Positions 20,570-33,147 of a DNA stretch of 64,000 bases are shown here, piece by piece. A program made the position numbers and the translations under genes. The notes under the pieces were generated by a model. The model ran no database searches, had not been told where the DNA came from, and worked only from the letters and a program-made list of their open reading frames with translations. Positions within the stretch are counted from its first letter, which is position 1; every line of letters starts with the position of its first letter. Source of the DNA: Selaginella moellendorffii (lineage: Eukaryota; Plantae; Lycopodiophyta); NCBI RefSeq assembly GCF_000143415.4, contig NW_003314317.1, forward strand, positions 434,001 through 498,000. Reading direction: 5' to 3'.

Positions 20570-22924
20570 ATGGATCCATTCCAAGCCATGGCAAGGCAAC
20601 AGCAGCACAAAGACCTCTCTCCCCTGCTCGACGCGCTCAAATCGTGCAGCGCTGCCAGAGATCTCGAGAAGGGCAAGGCCGTCCACGCCGCCGCGATCCA
20701 GAGCAGTGACGACTCCAACATCTACGTCGCAAACAGCCTCGTCGCGATGTACTCCAAGTGTGGAAGCCTCGCCGATGCAAAGAGCGTCTTTGACAGGATC
20801 TCTTCGCGCACAGTCGCCTCCTGGAACGCGCTGATGCTTGGATACGTGGAAAACGGGCATGGAGAGCTCGCACTCGAGCTCCTCTCGCGGATGACCCACG
20901 CTCCAAACGCTCGAAGCTTTGCTACTGCAGTGAGGGCGTGCGGAATCCTGGCTGGGAGCGACGAAGAGAAGCTCGAGAGGCTCTTGGATTTGCACTCCCG
21001 AGCGGAAAAATGTGGCCTTGACTCGGATATCTTTGTGGCGACGAGCTTGGTCGATGCTTATGTGAAGTGTCGGAGGCTCCAGAGTTCTTGCAAGGCTTTC
21101 CAGAGGAGTTTGAGGCGAGACGTGGTGCTGTGGACGGCACTGATCCTCGGATGTGTGGAGAACCAAGAACACGATTTGGCTCTCGAGGTTTTCTCGTCCA
21201 TGATGGCCGAAGGATGCAAGCCAAATGCTCGGACTTATGTTGCTGCTGTCAAGGCTTGCAGTGGTTTGGCCGAGAAAGAAGGTGGCAAGGTTTTGGATGG
21301 GAGGCTTGTCAAGATGGAGGCTCTGGAAAAAGGAGTTTTTCTCCAGGCTTTGGCTGCAAAGAATGGTTTTGATACCGATGCTTTCCTGGCGAGCACTCTG
21401 ATCGACATGTTTGCAAAGTGTGGGAGCATGGTTGATGCTCGGAGGATTTTTGATGGATCGGCTCGCGGCAAAGACGTGGTTTTGTGGAACGCTTTCATGC
21501 TGGGATGCGCGGAGAATGGCGAGGAAGAAGCTGCTCTGGAGGTTTTCTACGACATGGTTGAGTTCTGTGAGCCGAATCAGCGGAGTTTTGTGGCTCTTTT
21601 CAAGGCTTGCTCGGGCTTGGCGGCCAGAGAAGCTGGACGAGATGCGGGAAAGAAGCTTGTGTGGCTTGAGAAAGCCATGGCTTTTCACTCCCGAGCGGCA
21701 CAAAACGGATTTTCGGCTGAGATGTTCGTCGCCAACAGCCTTGTCGATTTGTATGCAAAGTGTGGGAGCATGGCGGACGCAAGGAGAGTTTTTGATGGGA
21801 TGGAATCGTATGATTTCGTCGCATGGAACACTCTCCTTGTTAACTACGTGGAAGACGGACAAGAACTTTTAGCTCTCGAGCTTTTCTCTGGGATAGAATC
21901 CCGGCTCCAAAGCTCCGGAGTGTTTGTCACTGCTCTCAAGGCCTGTGCTCGGTACGCAGCGAAAGAACAGGGAAAACAGATCGATGGCAAAGTTCTAAAG
22001 CTCGAGTCCTTGGAGAAAGGCATGGCTCTTCACTCGCAAGCTTTGAAGAGTGGCCTCGATCACGACGTTCACGTCTCAAGCTCGCTGGTGGACATGTACG
22101 CAAGCTGCGGGAGCTGCGACGACGCTCGGAAAGCTTTCGACGGGATGAAACATCACGACGTGGTGTCGTGGAGCACGCTGATCGACTGCTTCGCCGAGAA
22201 CGGCCAAGGCAAGATCGCTCTCGGGCTGTTCTCTTCGATGGTCTGTGCGGGATTCTCACCCAACTCCCTGACTTACGTCGCAGCTCTCAAAGCTTGTGCG
22301 AGCCTGGTGGATTTCAAGGCCGGGAGCTCGATCCACGCTCAAGTTTGCCGAAGAGGCATCGAGGATGATCCCGTTCTAGCGACCTGTCTGGTGGATTTCT
22401 TCAGCAAATCCGGGGCCATGGACAAGGCTCAGGAGGTATTTGATTCGGTTCGCGAGAGAGATCTAGTGATCTGGACCGCTTTGATCTCAGGATACAGTCA
22501 CCAGGGAGACACGAGCAAAACTTTTGCGCTTTTCGACGCCATGCAAGAACAGGGCTTACGTCCAAACGGCGTGACTTACGTGACCATCTTGACGGCGTGC
22601 AGCCACGCCGGGCTCGTGAAGAAAGGCCAGAGTTTGTTCGAGGGGATGACTCGTAAGCACGGGATCTCTCCAGAGATGGAGCACTACCTGTGCATGGTGG
22701 ACATGCTGGGACGAGCGAACAAGCTGGAAGAAGCTCTGGCTATGGCGAAGGAGATGCCCTTCCAAGCGACCGAGACGGTGTGGACGACGGTGCTGGGAGC
22801 TTGCAAGAAATGGGGCAATGTGGAGATTGGAAAGGCTGCGTTTCAGGCCTTTGTGGACGTGGGAGGAAGCGATGCTGCAGCGTACACGCTAATGGCGAAT
22901 CTGTGGAAGAGCTCAAGCAAATAA
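20570..22924 (+). CDS. PLS-class PPR protein with an E domain (P-L-S triplets, extended L motifs), no DYW
   Basis: Repeated NSLVxMYxKCGS / xWNxL / xxALKAC; EHYLCMVDMLGRANKL...VWTTVLGAC; start at 20513 or 20570. Confidence 0.9.
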   Translation: MDPFQAMARQQQHKDLSPLLDALKSCSAARDLEKGKAVHAAAIQSSDDSNIYVANSLVAMYSKCGSLADAKSVFDRISSRTVASWNALMLGYVENGHGELALELLSRMTHAPNARSFATAVRACGILAGSDEEKLERLLDLHSRAEKCGLDSDIFVATSLVDAYVKCRRLQSSCKAFQRSLRRDVVLWTALILGCVENQEHDLALEVFSSMMAEGCKPNARTYVAAVKACSGLAEKEGGKVLDGRLVKMEALEKGVFLQALAAKNGFDTDAFLASTLIDMFAKCGSMVDARRIFDGSARGKDVVLWNAFMLGCAENGEEEAALEVFYDMVEFCEPNQRSFVALFKACSGLAAREAGRDAGKKLVWLEKAMAFHSRAAQNGFSAEMFVANSLVDLYAKCGSMADARRVFDGMESYDFVAWNTLLVNYVEDGQELLALELFSGIESRLQSSGVFVTALKACARYAAKEQGKQIDGKVLKLESLEKGMALHSQALKSGLDHDVHVSSSLVDMYASCGSCDDARKAFDGMKHHDVVSWSTLIDCFAENGQGKIALGLFSSMVCAGFSPNSLTYVAALKACASLVDFKAGSSIHAQVCRRGIEDDPVLATCLVDFFSKSGAMDKAQEVFDSVRERDLVIWTALISGYSHQGDTSKTFALFDAMQEQGLRPNGVTYVTILTACSHAGLVKKGQSLFEGMTRKHGISPEMEHYLCMVDMLGRANKLEEALAMAKEMPFQATETVWTTVLGACKKWGNVEIGKAAFQAFVDVGGSDAAAYTLMANLWKSSSK

Positions 22925-23118
22925 GTAGCGGCGAATGCTTTGCAAACGATCAAAATGGTGGTGGGGGAATCCCGGGTCAATCAACAACGTCCAGATCTTC
23001 ATTCAAGCTTGCGGGTTGGCCGAGACTTCCTTGGATTGTGGAGAGGAAATCTCCATTTAAAGTTGGAGAGTTCTACGTTTCTAGCACTGGCTGGCGCTGG
23101 AATCCATTCGTCACCACG

Positions 23119-24555
23119 ATGAGGATCGTCCTGTTACTAGTCTCCATCTTGATTGCTGCTGCTTCTCGCAGTAACGATCGGGTGCTCAGGGATCTCGCGA
23201 GGGAGGAGCAGCAAAGATCTTTGCCGGGGATCAAGCTGGGAATGAGCAGGCTCGACAAGTGGGGATCTTTGCACTCTTTCTCGTCACTCACGCGGAGCTT
23301 CCTTGACGAGCTCCTCCACGAAGTTGTCACCCACGACTTCGCTCGAGCTCGAGCTCTCGCCAGCAGGCTCGTCTCGTCAAACTCCCCGAATCGCTCTTCT
23401 TCGGATCATCGCCATCTCGCCGAGGAAGAAGTGGAGCACGACCTCGCCCAGACTCCTGTGAGCTTCACCAATGGCGGTGTCTACTACTCCACCATCACCC
23501 TCGGCTCGCCACCCAAGGACTTCTCGCTCGTCATGGACACCGGCAGTGATCTCACCTGGGTCCGGTGCGATCCTTGCTCCCCGGACTGCAGCTCCACCTT
23601 CGATCGCCTGGCTTCCAACACTTACAAGGCTCTCACTTGTGCGGATGATGTATGCTCCTACTTGCGCCACACCGATTGCTCCAGCTCCTCCTCCTCGGCT
23701 AGCTCCGGCTGCCAGTACTCCTACGGCTATGGCGACGGCTCCTTCACTCAGGGAGATCTCTCCGTGGACACGCTCAAGATGGCGGGTGCCGCGAGCGACG
23801 AGCTGGAAGAGTTCCCGGGTTTCGTGTTTGGCTGCGGCTCTCTCCTCAAGGGTCTCATCTCCGGCGAAGTTGGAATCCTCGCTCTCTCGCCCGGATCGCT
23901 CTCGTTTCCGTCCCAGATTGGAGAGAAGTATGGCAACAAGTTCTCCTACTGTCTCCTCCGGCAGACCGCCCAGAATTCGCTCAAGAAAAGCCCAATGGTT
24001 TTTGGAGAGGCCGCGGTGGAGCTCAAGGAGCCCGGCTCCGGCAAGCTCCAAGAGCTCCAGTACACGCCCATTGGCGAAAGCTCCATTTACTACACGGTCC
24101 GGCTGGATGGAATTTCGGTTGGAAACCAACGGCTGGATCTCTCCCCCAGCGCATTCCTCAACGGCCAGGACAAGCCCACCATCTTCGATTCGGGGACAAC
24201 GCTCACGATGCTCCCGCCCGGGGTGTGCGATTCCATCAAGCAATCGCTGGCGTCCATGGTTTCCGGCGCGGAATTTGTGGCGATCAAGGGCCTGGATGCG
24301 TGCTTTCGGGTGCCGCCATCGTCCGGCCAGGGTCTCCCGGACATTACGTTCCATTTCAATGGTGGTGCCGATTTTGTGACGCGTCCAAGCAACTATGTGA
24401 TCGATCTGGGGAGTCTCCAGTGCTTGATCTTTGTTCCCACGAACGAGGTGTCAATCTTTGGGAACCTCCAGCAGCAGGATTTCTTTGTGCTGCACGACAT
24501 GGACAATCGGAGGATTGGATTCAAGGAGACTGACTGTGGTAGCCTGAGAGCTTAA
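23119..24555 (+). CDS. Secreted aspartic protease, nepenthesin-like/atypical A1 family
   Basis: Signal peptide MRIVLLLVSILIAAA; catalytic DTGSDLTW and FDSGTT; YGDGS; FSYCL; IFGNLQQQDF. Confidence 0.92.
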   Translation: MRIVLLLVSILIAAASRSNDRVLRDLAREEQQRSLPGIKLGMSRLDKWGSLHSFSSLTRSFLDELLHEVVTHDFARARALASRLVSSNSPNRSSSDHRHLAEEEVEHDLAQTPVSFTNGGVYYSTITLGSPPKDFSLVMDTGSDLTWVRCDPCSPDCSSTFDRLASNTYKALTCADDVCSYLRHTDCSSSSSSASSGCQYSYGYGDGSFTQGDLSVDTLKMAGAASDELEEFPGFVFGCGSLLKGLISGEVGILALSPGSLSFPSQIGEKYGNKFSYCLLRQTAQNSLKKSPMVFGEAAVELKEPGSGKLQELQYTPIGESSIYYTVRLDGISVGNQRLDLSPSAFLNGQDKPTIFDSGTTLTMLPPGVCDSIKQSLASMVSGAEFVAIKGLDACFRVPPSSGQGLPDITFHFNGGADFVTRPSNYVIDLGSLQCLIFVPTNEVSIFGNLQQQDFFVLHDMDNRRIGFKETDCGSLRA

Positions 24556-25898
24556 CTAGGATTTGTCTGGAATGTATGAATCGTTTTTTGTATTTTCTAT
24601 AATGAGAAGAATTCGCATTGAGATCACTAATTCTTCCCTTAAAGCTAAGCACACTCGCTTGATCGCCACCAAATCACACCCTGAAATTGACGGTAGTGTG
24701 ATACTGGAGAAATCTCAATTTTTGGCTGCTACCTTGTTAACGTTGTACTTAGAAAGCTCCTGAAAATCGCAAGCAATGACATTTTCTTCGAATGCTGGCA
24801 CAGACGCTTGCAGGGAAGCAATTGTCGAGCAGTGCCTCCACTTCTTATAATGTTCTTTCTTCCTTCTTTCCTGAAGCGTTCTGTTTTGTTTGCCTCCTTG
24901 GTACCATGAGGCAGCAGCAGTTCTGCTGCAGCTTACTGTCGCGTCATGAAAAGCAGAAGCAGAGCTTGCGTCCTCGTGATCCGAGGCATCTTGTCTGGGG
25001 ATTGTCTCCCGCTCAAACCTTGACGTGGGGACACAATGTGCGTCACTACTGAGGTGAGCCAAGGTGAGCCAGCTCGCGGTCTTCATGTCCACATGGAGCC
25101 GGAGGTGACGCCCCGGCTACCGTGATTCTACACGCGTTTGTGCTCGTCAATACCGGGTCCCAGCTTGCAATTCAGAGATATGGACATGGAGCTTGGTCAG
25201 AGATCACTTTGGGTGAACAGCATCTCAACTCGTCACCGTGGAGTATGCAGGCCATGTCGCATGACTAACTACACGCTACGAAGCTACGCCAACCGAACAT
25301 CGTTGCAGAGATTACTCATTGGCTGATAGAAGATATGGATCGCTACGACCATCGCGAGAACGAGGAAAGTCTAGCATGTTAAGATCAGTACTGTTTTATC
25401 TCCTCTCTTTTCCTCATGTGAGAGAGTCGTTTTTCCCATCGGGGCGAATAGAAGATGAATTTTTAACATATGCTTCCATCATTGTTGTCTGCCTATTTCT
25501 CCATATATCGATGGTGTCAGATGATAATGCATTGATTTTCGCATAGATCTAGAACTGCATTTCAAGTCAAAAGCCATGGCTGAGCTTGGCTGGCCTGCCA
25601 ATCGATGATCCTATTCAGCTTGTAAAATGGACAATCTCGCTCTTCCAAAAAGCATCCGAATCTTCACTTTAATAAGACTTAAAGCAGTTCGCATTAAAAG
25701 CTAGATTAGTGATATACCTCGTGTGGCTTGCTATGGAAGTTTTTCCGCTATTTAAAGAGACCACTTTTAGCCTTCACAGGAATTAGGCAGCATGAGGTCT
25801 TTGAGTTTTAGAGGCAGAACGAACTTTGGCATTGATGTTAGAAGTGATTCCTGTGGGTGGATTATCTACTGGAGGTTAATGTTCATAGCAGCTTACAG

Positions 25899-26557
25899 GA
25901 TGGTCCAAGATACATGGAAAGACAAAAAAGAAGAAGACCAGCAACAAAAGGACGAGGAACAGGCCGATTTGCAAAAAGAAGAAGACGAAGAAAAAGAAAA
26001 AGAAGAAGAAGAGGAAGAAGAAGAAGAACAGGAAGAGAGTAGCAAAATCATCATCTCAAAGCAAGAAAAAGAAAGTAAGTGAAGATGAATCTCATAGTGG
26101 TGTGTCTAAGTCTGAGATGCTTCAAACTATTCTCCAGTACTGTCCTGTGTATGTGAAGCCTCCGGCAGTAGATGTCTTCTCACTAAGTTTTAAGATTCAA
26201 CCTGGGATGAATCCTTTTGAGATGTCTAAGCCAGGTTTGCTGGTCTATGAGTTGCTCCGGCGTCCAGATGCTGCAGCAAAGCTGGCCCCGGCGGGTCTCG
26301 ACCCCGTGCATGACATCCAATTGCGGCACGATGCTGATGGTATTTATAACGCTCAACTGGTAGAGAGGATTTCCAAGATGCTGAACAAGCTGAAAAACTA
26401 TTTCCCCGACAGTGAGGACAAACTCAAGGGAACACCATATGCCGGATCCAGTTCAGGAGACATGCCTTACAACATCGATACTGACCGTACTCTGGAGGAG
26501 ATAACCAGGAGCTTTGACAAAGCTGCCAAACAGGGCTGCACTTGCCGGGAGAATTAG
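25899..26557 (+). CDS. Hypothetical protein or pseudogene with a Glu-rich GAA tract, apparent frameshift near 26040
   Basis: The E-rich frame stops at 26082 while a 151-aa open frame continues to 26557; family not recognised. Confidence 0.3.
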
Positions 26558-26762
26558 CATCGTTTTTAAAATACACTTTAGATGAGACGTTTTGTTCCTT
26601 CCATTGTCTTTTAAAAGCTCATTCTAAATTTACCACGGCCCAGGGAGACAAGCGCTTTGGGCTTTCAAGTCAATTTGACTTAAGCAGTGGTTTTGACTAA
26701 AAATTTTGACCAACTTTGAATTAGGGTTCACTCAGAAATAGGGTTCTTGGTGGAATAGTGCC

Positions 26763-27530
26763 ATGAACAGGGGACTGGAGGGCCGTGTGGCGATCGTCAC
26801 CGGGGCGTCCCGCGGCATTGGGCGCGAGATAGCGCTCACGCTCGCCTCCTACGGCGCCAGCATCGTCATCGGCTACCAGAAGAATGTCGCGCAGGCCGAG
26901 GAGGTCGCCACCCAGATCCAGTCCCTCCACGGCCAAGATCGCGCGCTCATCGTCCAGGTCGAGGTAAGCCGCGAGTCCGATGTGAAATTCCTCTTCGATG
27001 CCGCCGAGAGCCACTTCAAGAAGAAGCCTCACATCCTCGTCAACGCTGCCGGGGTTTTGCTCTCCACTTATCCCAAGCTGGAAGAAACCTCTCCCGAGGA
27101 TTGGGACTGGGTGTTCTCGGTGAACACGAAGGGGTGTTTCATGGCTTGCAAGGAGGCTGCCAAGCGCCTGGACGATCGCGGCGGCGGAAGGATCGTCAAC
27201 ATCACGTCCACAGTGGTGGCGAATTTGCCACTGGGCTACGGAGCTTATGCCGCGAGCAAGGCTGCCGTGGAGACTTTCACCAAGATCCTCGCCAAGGAAG
27301 TTGGGGCGAGGAAGATCACTGCGAACTGTGTAGCTCCCGGGCCTGTTGCGACTGAGCTCTTCTTTGAGGGCAAGAGCGAGGAGATGATCCAGCGATTCGT
27401 GGATCAAACGCCACTCAAGAGGCTCGGGGAAGTCAAGGATATTGTGGAGATGGTTGCGTTGATCGTGAGCGATGCTGGCGAGTGGCTTAATGGCCAGGTG
27501 GTAAGGCTTAATGGTGGCTTGGCTATGTAA
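26763..27530 (+). CDS. Short-chain dehydrogenase/reductase (NADPH-dependent aldehyde reductase-like)
   Basis: TGASRGIG, VNAAG, catalytic YAASK, NCVAPGP, GQVVRLNGG. Confidence 0.92.
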   Translation: MNRGLEGRVAIVTGASRGIGREIALTLASYGASIVIGYQKNVAQAEEVATQIQSLHGQDRALIVQVEVSRESDVKFLFDAAESHFKKKPHILVNAAGVLLSTYPKLEETSPEDWDWVFSVNTKGCFMACKEAAKRLDDRGGGRIVNITSTVVANLPLGYGAYAASKAAVETFTKILAKEVGARKITANCVAPGPVATELFFEGKSEEMIQRFVDQTPLKRLGEVKDIVEMVALIVSDAGEWLNGQVVRLNGGLAM

Positions 27531-30500
27531 AGAAGCTTATCACTAAGAATAAGGTTTTCGTTCTAGCAATCTGGAAGCGCTGCGAAATCTTGTCGCTCTG
27601 TGTCTTGGCAAATCTCCATGGAGTAGCGAGCTCTGGTGGACGTGCCAGGACATCCACTGGCTTCTTCGTGGAGCTCCTCAAGTTGGAGACATTGGAGCCA
27701 CGACGTATCAAGAACAAGCTCCAAGCTCTGCAAACATCCGAGAAAACGAAGCTCCATCAATGACAAAGGAGAAGACCCGGACCATAACAAAATATAAGAC
27801 GAAAAGAAGAAAGAAAAAGGAATACTTACTGCCAAAAGTGATCATTGATGAATCACCGTGAGTGAGATTTTTGGAGCACATTCCCAGAGCGAGAAGCGTG
27901 GTGGTGGGATTCCTGATCCCCGTCTGAGCAAGTCTAACATTGAGCTAGATTAGAAGAAAGGTACAAATATGATAGCGAGAACTTATGATTCTTTAAGGAT
28001 CATTGTAAATCAGACAGAGTGATCTCACATGTTTGAACTCTTTGTCAGGCTTAGGTGGTTGATCAGATCTATAATGTTGTTCTTGTTGCTACTGCAGTTC
28101 GTCATCATCATGAAGAAATTGCTTGCTTGCAATTGTTATGTTTTTCTTTCCACCTCTACTTGGTGTTGTTGAGATTGTTCTTGCCCGTACCACTAGTGGC
28201 ACTTGTTATCAGAACCATCATCACTACCTCCTGGTGCTGATGACATACAGTTTAGGCCAGTTATGCCAAAGAAAGCCATAAACATGACTCTATAGCTCAG
28301 CCAACTTTACTTCATGTAATAAATGTCTTTCAGATATACATTTTTAGTATATTTCTCAATTTCTTCATTTTGCACTTCAGGTATCTTCGATTAAAACGTT
28401 TAGTTACAACCTAGCAAGGGGGGGGGGGGGGCAAGCTCAAGCCGGGTGACATGGATAGGGAACCTGAGTTAGGTGGGATGTACAAGGAGTGGAGATTGGA
28501 GTCTCGGTCTAGGCCATGGGACAAGAACGGTGGGTGATTTGGACAGCCTTGAGTGCCCAGGTGTGGGAAGCCATTCTAAGGGCACACACACACGAATCTT
28601 GGCAATGGTATCAACATGGTGGAGGTTGTTGTTAGCAGTGGTCCAGATATGCTACTCTCCAAAAAAGGAACAAGTCAGAGCAACTAAGTGGTGGATCTCA
28701 TGCTTTAAAACACAAATAGAGGAGGGACTATTATGGCAATAGAGACCTCTAGACAGGGTGTTAAAGGTGGCATGTGGAGGAGACATAGAGGATAAGACCA
28801 AGCCCCCCTCTTCTTCTGGGGATGAGGCTTGTGTGAAGGAGGAAAGAATGATATGAATTAGCCTAAAGGGCTTTACAACCATACCCCCATGTATATCCAT
28901 TCTCAATCTCCCTGAAGGACCAATATGAAAGAGCAAGAGTAACACCTTGATAATTTGGGCTAGATTGCATTTTTTCCGTCAACTAGAGAAGAAAACCCTA
29001 ACCAACTGTTTTAAATTTTTTTTAAAATGCAAGAATATTTTATAATATTTTTCCAAAATATTATAGTATTCTATAACTGGCAAAAAGGCAATTGCTTAAT
29101 TATAAAGACCGGTTCATATAAAGGATAAAGTATCTTTTCAAAGTATATTTCTCTTTACCCTTTTATGTTTTTGGTTTCTTATAAGTTCTTGCTAATACCA
29201 ACTCATTTAGATGCACAAGAGTTCACCTGTGGCAAAGTGGGCTTTACAATTCATTGATGATATGTTTTAAAGACATTAAGAATATGGTTGTCTAATAAAA
29301 ATTGGAAAATCTTTAGATGACTGCTTAAGTGCATGAACTTCAGACTGAAGACCACTTGAAAGATGCATTTCTTATGGCTGTAATTTTCATTAACACAATT
29401 AATCACGTTGTTTAAATGACTTGAACTATATGTAGCTCAAGTCACCTACTTTTAAAATTTTAACTGGATTCAGTTAAATATAAACCAATCTACTGGCATA
29501 TAAAAATTAGTTACACAGAATTAACAATCACTCACCAATGATTGCCATCGATCATGTAACACAAAGCCACTTTGTCACAAATTCAGCCAGTATAATGGTC
29601 CAAGATCAAGTGCTCATATGTGACATCACTCTAATCGTAAGAACTTAGTTGGCCAATGGGGAGACAGCCATGCACATTGGATTCTAAGGTTCTAGAAGTT
29701 ATTTTAGAGTATGTTTCTTTTTCTTATTGATTCCTTATAAATTTGTTTTTTATGCAATTGGTGAGTTAGAAAATCCTCCAAAAGTCAAAGACACTAATAA
29801 GGAGCAATATCAAGTTGAATGTAGCTTTTCAATGGTAATTAGCAAGGATTTACTAGTTAGACCATCCAAACAATTAGTCTAGATTCTAAAGGATAATGGA
29901 CGTTTAGGATTAGTTTCAATTCCTAGGTGACAATAACTCAAGGAGGGTTTAAAGTAGATAAAAAGCTAGTTTTTAATATTATTGACAATTTGAAAGGTAA
30001 AATAATAAGCTTTAGAGCACATGATGATAATTTTGCCTATGAGATCAAAATTTAACATATTTATGAAGCATTAACTCAAGATAAAGAGTAAATCTTTCCC
30101 TTTTAGTGGTAATTTTATCTTTATATATCCCCCAAGATTTTAAGGATTCACAATGACAACATATCCAAATTTCATTTTATGATCACATGTGTTACATTTT
30201 CCATTATGTGCATTGCACTTAAGTTTAGATGGGGTGTAAAAGCTCATTTACAATGACAAGTTCTTTTTCCCCCATTTTTTGCAATTTATTTTAATGCAGC
30301 TACAATGAAAAGAACTCAAAGAATGTTCATTTGGAAAAGTGAATAAAGTTGAGTTATTTTGATATGACTAATGTAGAGCAAGGTGATAAAGATGGCACAT
30401 ATATACTACTGTTTGTGAATTTAAGATTTGGTGGTTTGAAGCTTTATATAAAATTTCAAAAGTTATGGAAAGCTAGTCTTAGGAACCTAAGAGAGATACT

Positions 30501-32776
30501 TGAAGGTAATCTGGACGACTTCCAATTTAGGTTAAATGGGAAGAAAATAAAAGGCTGGGTTAAGTTAAATATCTTTTGTAGAATATGTTTAAAACTTATG
30601 GTTATATAAATAGATTTAGAGAAATACTTTCTACAACTTAGCTCCCCTATACTTGAAAATATTTTTTCTTGTTCACAAGCTAGAACACCTCTATAAAACC
30701 ATTTCAAAGCTTGTTTTAAAGGGTTTGATCCTTCATGATAACTTTTATGCTATGTCATTATAAAATATGCATGACAAGCCAATTTGTATAATTTTTCCAT
30801 TCCTTTTGTGTTCCATAAAGCAAAATTAACATAACAATTTATAAAGTATGCTCTATGTACATAATGAATATGCTAAGAAGTGATGATTAATTAAAGCTAA
30901 ATATTGAAAAAAAAAACACTTTACCACATGTTTATTTGCTCTTTTATTGATGCATAGGGAGCGGATAAGTAAATATCTTTGCAAATATTGCAATGTTAAA
31001 GGTGTGTAAACCTAGTTTCATGAGAAAAATATAGGCATCTTCTATAATTCTTTCCATGCATTCAATATTAAGACCATTCTAATTGAAATAATCCTTTGCA
31101 ATTATAAAATTTTCTCCAAAATACCACATGCCTAAAAAGTGTCTCTTTCCTAAATACCTTGATTAAAATATAAAAATGTATGTTGATACTTACCAAATGA
31201 TATTTAAGATGATTATGATAAAAAAAGTGTCTTGCTTTATCACCTCCTAAAAAAGGTTTAGAAGGGACAGTAGTAGTCTTTCTGACTTCTCAATTCATAT
31301 ATGTCTTCCATATAAACTAACTTTTGATAAAATGCTTTTCACTTTTTTTATAGCTAAATTTGATGCAGATAATGGTTGTTTGTTCCATACAAACATGGAA
31401 AAGAGCATTATTACCTTTTCCACAATTCTTACAAATGCATGTAAAGTGTAAATGTGTATATGTTGAAGGGGTACTGGTAAAATTACTAAGGATATATCTC
31501 AGTTTGGTAGCAAAAATAGAGAACTAAAAGTCCACCCTATTGACTCAGTGTTAGTGTATAAATTTAAACCACTTATTTAAACTAGAAGAGTTCTACATTA
31601 TACATTAAAAATTACTTATACATTAAAAAAACACTCTTATTTAAACCATAAAGACATTATATGGTTTTAAATTTGTAGTTAAAATTCCACTTTGAATTTA
31701 TCATGACTATATACATAGAGTATTTCATCAAAATCTAATAACCTCTAGAAGTTGGGTTTAGGAAAGAAAAAACTTTAAGGACTTGAGGGTTTCTTGTAGA
31801 ACTTGATAATCCCAAGAAAACTATATGATAAAAGGAAAATTATGCTTAAAAGAAAAAACAATTATATATCAAAGATTATATTTTGATTGTGTATGCATAT
31901 GATCTTGCTGTAGCTGAGTTTTGAATGCCTTGTTCATGATGCTAATAGATACACACTCCATTTTGCATCTTTTTATCAATTCCATTTCATCAAGTTTGAT
32001 TACCATGATTAATTTGCCATTGCAATTCTCCTCTTTAATGTTATAAAACTTTACTGTTACTAGTAAGACCTTAAGGATATCAACCCAAATATTATTTTAA
32101 CAAATCTTATATTTGTCAGAAATTGTTTTATGTTCAATATCTATACTTCAATTAATGTGGAGGAAGACACCTAATTTAGTTATCATATTTAGCATGCATT
32201 TTACTCTTATATTCACAATTTATTGTGCAATTTTCATGTGGTAATATCGTGGTAGTATTGCTTTCCTCCTAAGATTAGATTTTAGAGCATTAAAACTAAC
32301 TTTATACACATGTCTCAAGATTGGGAAATAGTGTGCCTATGCAAGCTATAACCTGCAAAGAATTTATAAAATTCTACCTACTAAATAATTACTAAAATTT
32401 TGTGCAATCTTAGGCAAAAAAGTTATTATAGAAACTTTAATAGTTCACAATAAAATTTGAATACCCATAAGCATAAATACACTTGCTGGGACATTGGATC
32501 AATCTCAAATCTCAATTGATAGGCAATAAAATTTTGTGGAGTAAAAATCTTTTAAGGTGGACCACACTTGAGCAAAATAGATACGCTGTGAAAAATAATA
32601 TTTGTTGTTTGAAAAAATATTAAGACTTTTATATAAGAACTATTCTAGACATTTGGCATGTAGAGGAAATCCATTCCTATTTTGAAATTGATTGGGAAGT
32701 TAGATACTTGCTTCTAAGAGTGATTGATATACCAATTTACAAAGGGAATACATTGGATATTAAAACTTTATACCAC

Positions 32777-33147
32777 TGTTAGGCACTAGGTCAGGATAAT
32801 AGGATAAGAAAAGGCCTTACAATCAAGTGATCACCCTTTTAACTAATTGGCTTAGATTGTAAAGGATAAAATCCTAAAATTGGTATTAAAGCCCAATTCA
32901 ATTTTTGTGGCTAACAAGTGGCGTAAAAATATTCTAAAGTATGAGGGAGAACCAAGGTCTAATAAATCTTAAGAGAAGGACCATAGTAACTAAAGGGTGG
33001 CCTAAAAATGATCATGGATAATCATTCCTGACAAAAGGAAGATTGTTAGGCACTAAATCAAGATAATAGGATAAAGAAAGGGCCTTACAATCAAATGATC
33101 ACCCCTTTAGCCAGTTGACTTAGGGTGTAAAGAATAGGATCTTAATA
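32777..33147 (+). mobile_element. TRIM (miniature LTR retrotransposon): LTRs 32777-32879 and 33044-33147
   Basis: Two ~103-bp direct repeats starting TGTTAGGCAC; tRNA-Met-i-type PBS TGGTATTAAAGC at 32881; purine tract AAAAGGAAGA before LTR2; ~160-bp noncoding interior. Confidence 0.75.

Noticed and set aside
22690-23118. 143-aa N-terminal extension of the protease ORF overlapping the PPR
   Set aside because: The signal peptide begins at ATG 23119; the upstream open frame is most likely incidental.
16056-24354. Long antisense ORFs (16056-17723, 20441-21862, 23377-24354)
   Set aside because: Shadow frames of GC-rich coding genes; no recognisable motifs.
28300-32770. Possible decayed gene or transposon, or 5' LTR of the second Gypsy
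   Set aside because: Only weak patchy similarity and short ORFs; no boundaries or family can be supported.
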